Part shown: positions 1-9,730 of the stretch, piece after piece
Layout: every line of letters starts with the position of its first letter
How positions within the stretch are numbered: position 1 is the first letter of the stretch
Source: an uncultured Gemmataceae bacterium
GTDB taxonomy: Bacteria; Planctomycetota; Planctomycetia; Gemmatales; Gemmataceae
Direction: 5' to 3'
DNA: 64,000 nt
Assembly (NCBI GenBank): GCA_963750165.1
Contig: CAVVPN010000011.1
Location: forward strand, 864,001 to 928,000
The notes under the pieces: model-generated
Database searches by the model: none
The model's input: only the letters and a program-made list of their open reading frames with translations
What the model was told of the DNA's origin: nothing
Program-made: the position numbers and the translations under genes

Positions 1-211
1 TTTGAACAATCCTGCGAGAATTCCGTGAACCTCATGACCAGCATTCACCGCGCACGCGCCCTGAGCAACGGTATCGAGCGACGACACCGCGAGCCGGTGC
101 AACGCCGCCACGCTTAAGTGGACGTCCGGGAGGGAATCGGCGGGTGGTCGTGGGCGGCCGCTTGCCACGTGAAGATTGGTTCCAGACGAGTGACTGACCT
201 GGAGGACTGTC

Positions 212-1123
212 ATGCAGTGGAAGAGCATCGCGTTGTTCACCGTACCGGCCCTTGCGGTGCTCGGCGGCGGTTTGGCGGCGGCGCAGGACAAAGCGGCCCA
301 GGACCCCAAACGGGAGGCCGACCGCCAGGCCATCGACAAGTTAACCCGGGACATGATTCAGGCGTTCGATCAACGGGACGCGGCCGCGATCACCGCCCAC
401 TGGACTCGGGACGGCGAGTTCCTTCGCAATGACGGCGCGCCGATCCGTGGCCGGGCCGCGATCCAGAAAGGGTACGCGGCGTTTTTCAAGACCCTCAAGG
501 GCAAGCCGAAGCTGGAGATCCAGGCGGATGCCGTCCGCTTCCCGTCCGCGGACCTGGCCGTCGCCGAAGTCACGCTGCGGCTGAAAAACGACGGCGAAGT
601 CGTGGCGTCCGGCCGGCAAGCCATCGTCGTGGTCCGCGAGGGCGGCCGGTGGAAGGTGGCCATGATCCGCGAATGGGATCGCGACGCCGGCCTGGACGTG
701 GGCCTCAACGAACTCGAGTGGCTTATCGGGACGTGGCGGGCGGTCACCAGGGAGCGGGAGGTGACCATCTCGTACGCGTGGGACGAGCACAAGGCGTTCA
801 TCCGCGGGAAATTCACGGTCAAGGAAGGCGCCAAGGTCATCGAGTCCGGGACGGAGTTGATCGGCAAGGACCACGCCGAGGGCGTCATTCGCTCGTGGGT
901 CTTCCAGTCCGACGGCGGGTTTGGGGGCGGGGTCTGGGTCCGGGACGGCAAGAAATGGAGCGTCAACGTCCACGGCGTCCGGGCCGACGGCAGCCAACTC
1001 ACAGCGACCATCCTCTATGTCCCGGTTGATCCCAACACTGTCACCTGGCAGGCGGTCAACCAGCTCCTCGACGGTGAGCCGGTCGCGGACACCCCGCCGA
1101 TCAAGGCCGCGAAACAGAAGTAA
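212..1123 (+). CDS. Secreted SgcJ/EcaC-family (NTF2-like/DUF4440) protein
   Basis: 303-aa ORF with GGAGG RBS and signal peptide; motifs AFDQRDAAAITAHW, GRAAIQKGYAAFF, VVVREGGRWKV and a second domain starting LEWLIGTW. Confidence 0.75.
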   Translation: MQWKSIALFTVPALAVLGGGLAAAQDKAAQDPKREADRQAIDKLTRDMIQAFDQRDAAAITAHWTRDGEFLRNDGAPIRGRAAIQKGYAAFFKTLKGKPKLEIQADAVRFPSADLAVAEVTLRLKNDGEVVASGRQAIVVVREGGRWKVAMIREWDRDAGLDVGLNELEWLIGTWRAVTREREVTISYAWDEHKAFIRGKFTVKEGAKVIESGTELIGKDHAEGVIRSWVFQSDGGFGGGVWVRDGKKWSVNVHGVRADGSQLTATILYVPVDPNTVTWQAVNQLLDGEPVADTPPIKAAKQK

Positions 1124-1193
1124 GCGAAGTAGCCGATCCCAGCGCGATTGGTAGGCGCTTCACCTCAAGCCATGAGCATCGGGAGACGTGATC

Positions 1194-2399
1194 ATGAGTA
1201 CCCGAACATCGGTAACGGCCTGTGTGGTGGTCCTGGCCCTGTGGGCCTGCAACCATGACGAGGCATCGGCCCAGCCAAGGCCCCCCGGGCCGCCGCCCAT
1301 GATGAGGCCCCCTGGGCCTCCGCCCATGATGATGAGGCCCCCCGGACCCGTCTTCGGGCCGATGGGCGGGCCGCGGTTTCCCGGGCCGGGCATGATGCCG
1401 GGCGGTCCTCCCGGACAGGGCATGATGCCCGGCCGTCCCCCCGGACCCGTCTTCGGGCCGATGGGCGGGCTGGTGCGCCCGGGAGGCATCGGTGGCCCTG
1501 GTGGCCCCGGCGGCATCGGTGGCACCCCCCGGCCCCTGGGCGGCGTCGGCGGGCCGGTGCATCCGGGAGGCGGCGGCCCCGGCGGCCCTGGCGGGCCCGC
1601 CCACTTGCCGGGCCTGAGCGGCCTGGGTGCTCTGTCCGGGTACGCTGCGCTCGCGGGGAAGTCCTCCGCGCTCGCGGGGAAGTCCCCGACCGTCGCCGTG
1701 AACCGGCAAGCGCTGGTCAACCAGGCGAATCTGGTACGCAACAACTTCAACCACTCCGGTTCCTTCCGCGGCAACTGGTGGAACCGACACCGCGGCGCCT
1801 GGCGGGCGGCCGCGTGGGGCACTGCGGCGGCCGCTGGGGCGGGCGCCTACGGCAACGCCTCCTGGGGCGATTGTTCCAGCTACGGCGGCTATTCCTCCGA
1901 GCCGTCCTACTACGACTACGGCTCGAACGTCGTCTACGACGGCGGCAAGGTTTACTACAACGGCGACTCGGTGGGCACCCAGGAGCAATATGCGCAACAA
2001 GCGCAGACCATCGCCGGCACCGGCAAGCAAGCTCGGGCTACCGAGGAGGAAGACTGGCTGCCGCTGGGCGTGTTCGTCATGGCCCAGGGCCAGCAGGTGC
2101 ACGGCAACGACCTCTTCCAGCTGGCCGTCAACAAGTCGGGCGTGATCCGCGGCAACTATTACAACGCGCTGAGCGACACCACGCTACCCGTGTACGGCTC
2201 CGTGGACCGGAAAACCCAGCGCGCCGCCTGGACGATCGGCGACCGCAAGGAGTCGGTCTTTGAGGCGGGCCTCGCCAACCTGACCCGGTCGGAAACGACC
2301 ATGCTGGTGCATCACGGCAAGGACCGCACGCAGCAGTGGACCCTTGTTCGGATCAATCCGTCCGCTGAGTCCAAGCAGGCCGGCGGGGGCGCTCGCTGA
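1194..2399 (+). CDS. Pro/Gly-rich secreted protein with a conserved planctomycete-type C-terminal domain
   Basis: ATG at 1194 after GGAG; signal peptide; PPGP/MM repeats, including a duplicated stretch near 1340 and 1440; C-terminal WLPLGVF...FQLAVNKSGVIRGNYYN...QQWTLVR. Confidence 0.7.
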   Translation: MSTRTSVTACVVVLALWACNHDEASAQPRPPGPPPMMRPPGPPPMMMRPPGPVFGPMGGPRFPGPGMMPGGPPGQGMMPGRPPGPVFGPMGGLVRPGGIGGPGGPGGIGGTPRPLGGVGGPVHPGGGGPGGPGGPAHLPGLSGLGALSGYAALAGKSSALAGKSPTVAVNRQALVNQANLVRNNFNHSGSFRGNWWNRHRGAWRAAAWGTAAAAGAGAYGNASWGDCSSYGGYSSEPSYYDYGSNVVYDGGKVYYNGDSVGTQEQYAQQAQTIAGTGKQARATEEEDWLPLGVFVMAQGQQVHGNDLFQLAVNKSGVIRGNYYNALSDTTLPVYGSVDRKTQRAAWTIGDRKESVFEAGLANLTRSETTMLVHHGKDRTQQWTLVRINPSAESKQAGGGAR

Positions 2400-2633
2400 C
2401 CGAGGAAGTTAAGCGGGGGAGTTGACAGAGTGTGCGGATTTGGCCCCCCGCCGTGCGGCCCGAGTACAGTGGCGTTGGCAAGGCGACCAGGGCAGGTTGA
2501 CGCAAGCCGCATTACCGGAATGACCTGCGCCGCCAACCAGGAGGTCGGCATAGAAGGTGCGTCATGGGGCAAGAAACAGGGTTACCCGAAGCCGGCCAGG
2601 TTACCCAACTTTCGCCCGAGAAGGAGGACAGTC

Positions 2634-3125
2634 ATGTCCACGTTCCAGACCATCGTTCACCCGACCGATTTCGACGAACCGTCGAAGGAAGCCTTCCGGG
2701 TCGCGCGGTCGCTCGCCCAGGCCCTCAGGGCCAGGATTGTTGTCGTCCACATCGTCCCGCCACCTGCCATCGTCGCCCCGGACGGGAGCGCCATCATCGA
2801 CCAGTGCGACGCGGAGCCGATCGACCCCTGGGCGGAGTACCGCCGGCTGCAGGCGGACACCCCGAACGTGCCCGTCCAGTACGCGGTCGTGGTGGGCGAC
2901 CGATCCGAGTCCTGGCGCCTGCTCGAAGCGAAGATCCGTGAGCAGGGCGAAGGGACTCTGCTCGTGATGGGGAGCCACGGCCGGCGCGGCCTCCGCCGGT
3001 TCCTCTGGGGGAGCAAGGCCGAGGAGGTCGTGCGGGAGTGCCCCTGCCCCGTGCTGGTCGTGAAGGCGCCTGCGCGGCGGGAGCCTGCCCGTGCGGCGGC
3101 GGCCGAGGCAACCGCGAACGCCTGA
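2634..3125 (+). CDS. Universal stress protein
   Basis: AGGAGG RBS; IVHPTDFDEPS N-terminus and LLVMGSHGRRG...GSKAEEVVRECPCPVLVVK USP motif. Confidence 0.9.
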   Translation: MSTFQTIVHPTDFDEPSKEAFRVARSLAQALRARIVVVHIVPPPAIVAPDGSAIIDQCDAEPIDPWAEYRRLQADTPNVPVQYAVVVGDRSESWRLLEAKIREQGEGTLLVMGSHGRRGLRRFLWGSKAEEVVRECPCPVLVVKAPARREPARAAAAEATANA

Positions 3126-3200
3126 GCCGCGAATCACCCGAGTCCCGGGCGGACGTCCCGGGAGCACCCCGGTCGCCCCTAGCAGGAGAGTGAGGCCTTT

Positions 3201-4361
3201 ATGCGTTACCACCTTCCCCAGTTCGCTGGCGCCGCGCTGGTGCTCGGCGGTTGTCTCGGCCTGGCCGGCTGTGCCCAGCATCCCGCGGCAGCGCCGGCCG
3301 CGGCACCGCCGACGGTCGCGGTCAGTTATCCCGTCGAGCGCGAAGTCACGGACTACGCGGACTTCACCGCCCGGACGGCCGCGGTCGATTCCGTCGAGGT
3401 GCGGGCCCGCGTCTCGGGCTACCTGGACAGGGTTCGCTTCAAGGAAGGGTCGCTGGTCAAGAAGGGCGACGTGCTTTTCGAGATCGACCCGCGCACCTAC
3501 CGGACGGCCTTGCAGTCCGCCGCGGGGAGCCTGGCCGCGGTGGAGGCCCGCCTCAAGCGGCTGGAGTCCGACGTGGAGCGGGCCATGAAGCTGCGGGGCA
3601 CGGGCATCAGCGCGGAGGAGTACGACCGGCGGGTCGGCGACCGGGCGGAGACGGCGGCGTCGCTCCAATCGCAGCGGGCGGCCGTGGAGCGGGCCAAGCT
3701 GGACCTGGGCTTCACCAAGGTCACCGCGCCCGTCAACGGCCGCGTCAGCCGCTACTACGTCACCGTGGGCAACCTGGTGCAGGCGGGCGACCTGACCGGA
3801 GGCACCCTGCTCACCACGATCGTGTCGGTGGACCCGATGTACGCCTACTTCGACGTGGACGAGCGCACGGTCCTGCGCGTCAAGCAGTTGATCCGCGCGG
3901 GCCAGCTCAAGACGCCCGACGAGGCCCACATCCCCGTGTGGCTCGGCCTGGCCAACGAGGACGGGTTCCCCCACCGGGGGGCCATCGATTTCGCCGACAA
4001 CCAGATCAACTCCAAAACCGGCACCCTGCGCGTGCGGGGCGTCTTCCCCAACCAGGACGAGGCGCTCGCGCCCGGCTATTTCGCCCGCGTCCGGGTGCCG
4101 GTCAGCCCGCCCCACAAGGCCCTGCTCGTCACCGACCGCGCGCTGGACACGGACCAGGGCCAGAAGGTCGTCTACGTCGTGGGCAAGGACAACAAGGTGG
4201 TGTCCCGCCCCGTCCGCCTCGGGGCGCTCCACGACGGCCTGCGCGAGGTCACCGACGGCCTGCGGCCCGGCGAGCGGGTGATCGTCAACGGCCTGCAGCA
4301 GGTCCGGCCGGGCCTGACGGTGGAACCGAACGTCGTGGACATGCCAACCAAGAAAGGATGA
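3201..4361 (+). CDS. RND efflux periplasmic adaptor (MFP) lipoprotein
   Basis: Lipobox LAGC; VEVRARVSGYL, LFEIDPR, FTKVTAPVNGRV, GLRPGERVIVNGLQ. Confidence 0.95.
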   Translation: MRYHLPQFAGAALVLGGCLGLAGCAQHPAAAPAAAPPTVAVSYPVEREVTDYADFTARTAAVDSVEVRARVSGYLDRVRFKEGSLVKKGDVLFEIDPRTYRTALQSAAGSLAAVEARLKRLESDVERAMKLRGTGISAEEYDRRVGDRAETAASLQSQRAAVERAKLDLGFTKVTAPVNGRVSRYYVTVGNLVQAGDLTGGTLLTTIVSVDPMYAYFDVDERTVLRVKQLIRAGQLKTPDEAHIPVWLGLANEDGFPHRGAIDFADNQINSKTGTLRVRGVFPNQDEALAPGYFARVRVPVSPPHKALLVTDRALDTDQGQKVVYVVGKDNKVVSRPVRLGALHDGLREVTDGLRPGERVIVNGLQQVRPGLTVEPNVVDMPTKKG

Positions 4362-4427
4362 GGGATGAGGGGTGAGGGATGAATCAATCCGGTCTGGTCC
4401 ATCCTTCCTCCTTCCTCCATCCTCCTT
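4356..4427. repeat. Short tandem heptamer arrays: four GGATGAG-like units, then four CCTCCTT-like units, partly complementary
   Basis: ggatgag ggatgag gggtgag ggatgaa at 4356-4383; catcctt cctcctt cctccat cctcctt at 4400-4427. Confidence 0.7.
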
Positions 4428-4445
4428 CCAAAAAGGAGCACAGTC

Positions 4446-7400
4446 ATGCTGGCCCGTTTCTTCATCAACCACCCGATCCTGGCGTGTGTGGTCTCCATCG
4501 TGATCGTCCTGCTCGGGGCCATCGCGGCGGCCCTCTTGCCCGTCGCCGAGTACCCGGAGGTCACGCCGCCGATGGTCCGGGTGACCGCGGCCTACCCCGG
4601 GGCGAATGCCCAGGTGGTGGCCGACACCGTGGCCGCGCCCATCGAGCAGCAGGTCAACGGCGTCGAGAAGATGATGTACATGACCTCGCAGAGCAACAAC
4701 GACGGCTCCTACACCCTGGACGTGACGTTCGAGATCGGCACCGACGTCAACATGGCCCAGGTGCTCGTGCAGAACCGCGTCGCCATCGCCGAGCCTTCCC
4801 TGCCCGACGTGGTCAAGAGCATCGGCGTGACCACCAAGAAGCGGGCGCCGGACATCCTGCTGGCCATCAGCCTGTACGCCGAGGACAACCCCGCGACCGG
4901 CAAGCCGTATTACGACGCGCTCTACCTGAGCAACTTCGCCACCATCCAGCTCAAGGACGCCGTCTCCCGCCTGGAGGGCGTCGGCGACGTGTTCGTCATG
5001 GGCCAGCAGGACTACAGCATGCGCGTCTGGCTGGACCCGGACAAGCTGCAGTCGCGGAACCTCACGGTCACCGAAGTGATCAAGGTCCTGCGCGAGCAAA
5101 ACGTGCAGGTGGCGGCCGGCCAGATCGGCCAGCCGCCCGTCCCCCGGGGCCAGGACTTCCAGTACACGCTGAGCACTCAGGGCCGCCTGGTCGAGGCCGA
5201 GCAGTTCGCCAACATCATCCTCCAGACCGACAAGAACGGGGAGATCACCTACCTCAAGGACGTCAGCCGGACCGAACTGGGGGCTCGCAGCAAGGACCTG
5301 ATGGCGCGGCTGGACCGCAAACCGTCGTCGGGCCTGGCCGTCTACCTGCTGCCCGGCGCCAACGCCCTGGACACCGCCGACCGCATCAAGGCCCGGATGC
5401 GCGAGCTGGAAACCCGCTTCCCCGCCGGCCTCAAGTACGCCATCGTCTACGACACCACCCCGTTCGTCCGCGAATCCGTCAACGAGGTCTTCAAGACCCT
5501 GCGCGACGCCCTGCTCCTGGTGACCGTCGTCGTCCTGCTGTTCCTGCAAGACTGGAAATCCCTGCTCCTGCCCATGATCGGCGTGGTCGTGTCGCTGGTC
5601 GGCACCTTCGCCGTCATGAGCGTCATGGGCTTCACGCTGAACAACCTGACGCTGTTCGGCCTCGTGCTGGCCATCGGCATCGTCGTCGATGACGCCATCG
5701 TGGTGCTGGAGAACATCGAGCGCCACCTGGAGAAGGGGCTGCCCGCGCGCGAGGCGACCATCAAGGCCATGGACGAGATCACCGGGCCGATCGTCGCCAT
5801 CACCCTGGTGCTCAGCTCGGTGCTGCTGCCCAGTGCGTTCCTGGGCGGCCTGGTCGGCCAGTTCTTTCGCCAGTTCGCCATCACCATCTCGGTGTCGATG
5901 CTGATCTCGGCCGTCAACGCCATGACCATGACGCCGGCGCTGGCCGTGCTGTTCTTCGCCGGCCGCAAGCCAGGCGCGCACGGCGAGCAGGGCAAGGAGG
6001 CGGTGCCGTGGTGGAGCTTCGGCCTGTTCGGCGGGCTGGCGTCGCTGTGGCTGCTGACGCCGATCCTGGGGCCGTGGCTGGGCCTGCCCGGGGGCGAGGG
6101 GCACGACGAGGCGGCGCCCGGCGGCCTGCTCGCGAGCTTGCAGTCGTGGGGGGTCTCGGCCCTGTTCTTCCTGCCCGGCGCGGTCGCCGGCGGGGCGCTG
6201 GGCCGGCTGCTGGTGCGCCCCGTGAACTGGGTGCTGGGCTTCTTCTTCCGCGGCTTCAACCGGGTCTTCGACTGGACGACCCAGGTCTACGGTCGGTTCG
6301 TGGGCTGGTGCCTCCGCCTGTGCGTCATCGTGCTGGTGGTCTACGTCGGCCTGATCGGCCTGACGGGCTTCGGCTTCAGCCGCATCCCCACGGGCTTCAT
6401 CCCCATGCAGGACAAGGGCTATCTGGTGACGAACATCCAGCTGCCCGATTCGGCCTCGCTGGAGCGCACGCTCGAGGTGACCGACGCGGTCGAAAAGATC
6501 GCCCTGGAGACGCCCGGGGTCGCCCACACGCTCTGCCTGCCGGGGATGTCGTACGTCCTGAACGCCAACAGCTCCAACTACAGCAACGTGTTCATCATCT
6601 TCAAGCCGTTCCACGACCGGCGCGACTCCGAGCTGGGCGGGGATGCCATCGCGGCGAAGATCCGCGCCCGCCTGGCGCGCGAGGTCCCCGAGGCGCGCGT
6701 GCTGGTCTTCGGGGCGCCGCCGATCTCGGGCCTTGGGACCTCCGCCGGCTTCAAGCTGATGGTGGAGGCCACCGGCGACGTGAACTACGACGCGCTGCAG
6801 GCGGCGGCCGACGACCTGGCCGCCCGGGGCAACCAGCAGCCGGGCCTGGTCGGTCTGTTCGACGGCTTCCGCGCCCGCACGCCCCAGCTGTACGTGGACA
6901 TCGACCGCGAAAAGGTCAAGTCGATGGGCGTGCAACTGACCGACGTCTTCGACACGCTGCAGGGGTGCGTGGGCAGCTACTACGTCAACGACTTCAACCG
7001 CTTCGGCCGCACCTGGCAGGTCAACGTCCAGGCCGACGCCCGCTTCCGCACCGACGCGGAAACCGTCAAGCAGTTCAAGGTGCGCAACAGCGACGGCGAC
7101 ATGGTGCCGCTGGGGGCGGTGGCCGAGGTGCGCGACACCGCCGGGCCGGTGCAGATCACGCGCTACAACATGTTCCCGACGGCCTCGGTCAACGGCGCTC
7201 CCGCTGCCCGGGACCAGCACCGGCGACGCCCTGGCGGCCATGGAGCAGCTGAGCCAGGGCCTGCCGCGCGGCATGGCCACCGAGTGGACCGAGGTGAGCT
7301 ACCTGCAGAAGCAGGCGAGCAAGGTCGAGCAGTTCCGCGACCTGCGGAACAACCCCTTCAGCGCCTTCACGGTGGGGGTGATCCTCGTCTTCTTCGTGCT

Positions 7401-7894
7401 GGCGGCGCCTGTACGAGAGCTGGTCGCAGCCGTGGGCGGTGATCCTGGTGGTGCCGATGTGCCTGCTGAGCGCGCTGGCGGGCCTGGCTCTGGCCGGGAT
7501 GGACGTGAACATCTTCGTGCAGGTCGGCTTCGTGGTGCTGGTCGGCCTGGCCGCCAAGAACGCCATCCTCATCGTCCAGTTCGCCCGCGACCGCCAGCAC
7601 GAGGGCGCCTCGCGGTTCGACGCGGCCGTGGACGCCGCCCGGGAGCGGCTGCGGCCGATCCTGATGACGTCGTTCGCGTTCATCCTCGGCGTGTTCCCGC
7701 TGGTGATCGCCGAGGGGGCCGGCCACGAGATGCGGCGGACGCTGGGGACGGCGGTGTTCAGCGGGATGATCGGCGTGACGCTGTTCGGCCTCTTCCTGAC
7801 GCCGGTGTTCTATTTCATCGTCCGGTGGTTCGTGGAACGCAAGGCGGCGGCGCCGGCGACCGTCCCGGCGCCGCCGGTGCAGCGGCCGGCCTGA
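4446..7894 (+). CDS. RND efflux permease (HAE1/AcrB-MexF-like), with two apparent frameshifts near 7200 and 7408
   Basis: FFINHPILA, GIVVDDAIVVLEN, GLAAKNAILIV and RLRPILMTSFAFILG motifs spread over ORFs 4446-7442, 7240-7998 and 7439-7894. Confidence 0.9.
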
Positions 7895-8111
7895 ATCCCT
7901 GCCGGGCCGGCAAGACGCCGGCCCAGTCGGGTTCACCTGGTTGTCGTGTCGCCCCACCAGTTCGACTGCCGGAGGCAGCGTGTGCCGGATCGGCCTGATG
8001 GGTTCACCGGCAGAGGTGTAGAAGATTGAGACATGGATTCAAACCTGATCACCGCAACAGCCGCGGGGGCTTGGTTCCCTGCTGGGCGCGGCAGCCACGA
8101 TCGTTGCCACC

Positions 8112-8262
8112 TGGAATGCCCAGCGGTCGCTGTTTGCCGTCCGGCTTGGGAATCCACACCCGTCGGACGGCTTCCGGTCGATACGTCTTGGTCCTGAGTT
8201 CGTCCGTCAGTTCGCCCAACCAGCGGACGATGCTGACGCCGACAGATTTGATACGCGAAATC
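8112..8262 (-). pseudogene. Fragment of a group II intron reverse transcriptase (RT0/RT1 region)
   Basis: Translation [37 protein letters not shown]; similarity stops on both sides. Confidence 0.8.
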
Positions 8263-8303
8263 AGGGCTTGAACTGAACGTGGTGGGTGCGTTCCGTGCAT
8301 CCA

Positions 8304-8957
8304 CTATATTACCTGCCACGTCCAGTGCCGGTCACTGCTCTGCCGCACCGTCTCCGCCGCGAAGCCCAGCGGTCTCACCAGCGCCCGCACCTCCTCCAGC
8401 GTCAGCGCCGCCCGCAGCGAATCATCAAACATTTTCTGCTGATGCGTATTGGCGTCGCCGGCGTAGGTCGCCACCAGCTGGCGCACCGCCGCGTCGCTGT
8501 CGGGCCGCAGCAGGTCGCGCACGAAGATCGCGCCGTCGGGCCGCCGCACGCGCACCAGCTCGCGCAGCACCAGGAACGGCTCGGGAATGTGATGGACGAT
8601 GCTGTTGGAGATGACCGCGCCGAAGCTGGCGTCGGCGAACGGCAGCTGCTTGGCGTCGCAGCGCTCCAGGCGGATGCGGGCGTCGAGGCCGGCGCGGCGG
8701 ACGTTGGCGCGGCCCACGGCCAGCATGTGCTCGGCCAGGTCGATGGCCACGACCTGCGCTTCGGCAGCTTGGCGGCACAGCTCGATGGGGATTTGTGCGG
8801 TGCCGGCGCCCACGTCGAGGATGGGGTTGGCGGGGCGCGCAGCAGCGAGGAAGTCCGAGACGAAGACGCGATTGACCGTGGCGTGGTCCATGGCGTCGTA
8901 GTCGCGGGCTTCCTCGGCCGAGTCCATCACTTCAGGTTCGAGCACGCGCGGCAGCAT
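8304..8957 (-). CDS. Class I SAM-dependent methyltransferase
   Basis: ILDVGAGTA motif I, AIDLAEHML, LPFADASFGAVISNSIVHH. Confidence 0.9.
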   Translation of the reverse strand: MLPRVLEPEVMDSAEEARDYDAMDHATVNRVFVSDFLAAARPANPILDVGAGTAQIPIELCRQAAEAQVVAIDLAEHMLAVGRANVRRAGLDARIRLERCDAKQLPFADASFGAVISNSIVHHIPEPFLVLRELVRVRRPDGAIFVRDLLRPDSDAAVRQLVATYAGDANTHQQKMFDDSLRAALTLEEVRALVRPLGFAAETVRQSSDRHWTWQVI

Positions 8958-8960
8958 GGC

Positions 8961-9359
8961 TCAGACGGTCACCATGCGCGGCTTGCGCTCCTTGCGCGGC
9001 GCCTGGGCGACGAGCTGCTGATGGTGCTCCTTGAGGACCGCCAGCAGTTCGGCGCGCACCTCCCAATTGAAGGCGCCACAGCGGTCCCATTCGCGGATGA
9101 CGTGCGATGTGGCCGGGTTGAGGCCGGCGACGCGGTGCAACCAGTTGATGCCCGCGTCCAGCGTCAGATGGCAGGTCTGCGGATGGTTCCAGGCGACGTG
9201 CGTCGCCAGGCAGCCCATCGGCACCGCCCGCGTGAAACTGCCGTGGATCAACAGCGGACTACCCTTTTCCAGAAGGTCGATAAGGCGGTGCAAGGCCGCG
9301 GCTGTCATGTTCGGCAACCAGGCGGAACGCAGTTCGTGAAGGCATTCCTTGGACAACAT
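8961..9359 (-). CDS. Hypothetical protein (132 aa)
   Basis: ATG at 9359 with GGAG RBS; stop lies 3 nt from the methyltransferase start; LLIHGSF...MGCLATHVAWNHP looks like a conserved globular sequence. Confidence 0.65.
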   Translation of the reverse strand: MLSKECLHELRSAWLPNMTAAALHRLIDLLEKGSPLLIHGSFTRAVPMGCLATHVAWNHPQTCHLTLDAGINWLHRVAGLNPATSHVIREWDRCGAFNWEVRAELLAVLKEHHQQLVAQAPRKERKPRMVTV

Positions 9360-9608
9360 GATCGAACTCCTTTGTGACAAGGCAAACCGTTGGTGAACCG
9401 GGTCATCGGGACGGCGTCCGGGCGTCGGCGCCGGACTTATTCTAGCCGTGTCCGGCCTCGGGAGAACCACCGTGCCGTCAGGTCGAGGCGATTTTCCCCG
9501 GAACGGCTGGGCCGTTTGCCGATGAGCCAGGCTGGGAAGCGCAGGCAGAGTGGAAAAGGGAAAATCGCCTCGCAGGCCCCGGCGTCAGTTGGGGAATGCC
9601 AGGGGGTC

Positions 9609-9645
9609 AAAAAACCCCGCCGTTCGCGGGTGCGAAGCGGCGGGG
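9609..9645 (-). terminator. Rho-independent terminator
   Basis: Minus strand reads ccccgccgcttcgc-accc-gcgaacggcgggg followed by T6. Confidence 0.8.
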
Positions 9646-9679
9646 CCGGAACAGAGAAGAGGCCGAATCCTTCTAACAC
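9609..9679 (-). ncRNA. Candidate ~70-nt small RNA or attenuated leader
   Basis: Bounded by a near-consensus sigma70 promoter and an intrinsic terminator; no ORF inside. Confidence 0.4.
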
Positions 9680-9684
9680 CCACG

Positions 9685-9713
9685 AGAGTATCGAGCCCTT
9701 TCAACCTTGTCAA
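9685..9713 (-). promoter_or_regulatory. Sigma70-type promoter
   Basis: TTGACA (9713-9708), 17-bp spacer, TACTCT (9690-9685), with an A-tract upstream. Confidence 0.7.
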
Positions 9714-9730
9714 GCGTTTTTTTCCTATTT

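Noticed and set aside
1270..1690. Repeats in the Pro/Gly-rich gene as a possible CRISPR array
   Set aside because: They are in-frame coding repeats without constant repeat/spacer periodicity; no cas genes and no CRISPR array were seen in the window
2601..7280. 1559-aa minus-strand ORF, and similar long antisense ORFs such as 22226-24778, 30457-32607, 33747-35942 and 43307-45352
   Set aside because: They shadow well-supported genes on the opposite strand, as expected in high-GC DNA, and show no recognisable motifs
8049..8300. RT fragment as a retron or DGR, with Rhs or A/B repeats as TR/VR
   Set aside because: No catalytic RT domain is present, and the repeat differences are not confined to adenines
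9376..9420. GGCAAACC as a possible c-di-GMP-I riboswitch
   Set aside because: It is on the wrong strand for the adjacent gene and lacks the GNRA loop and second stem
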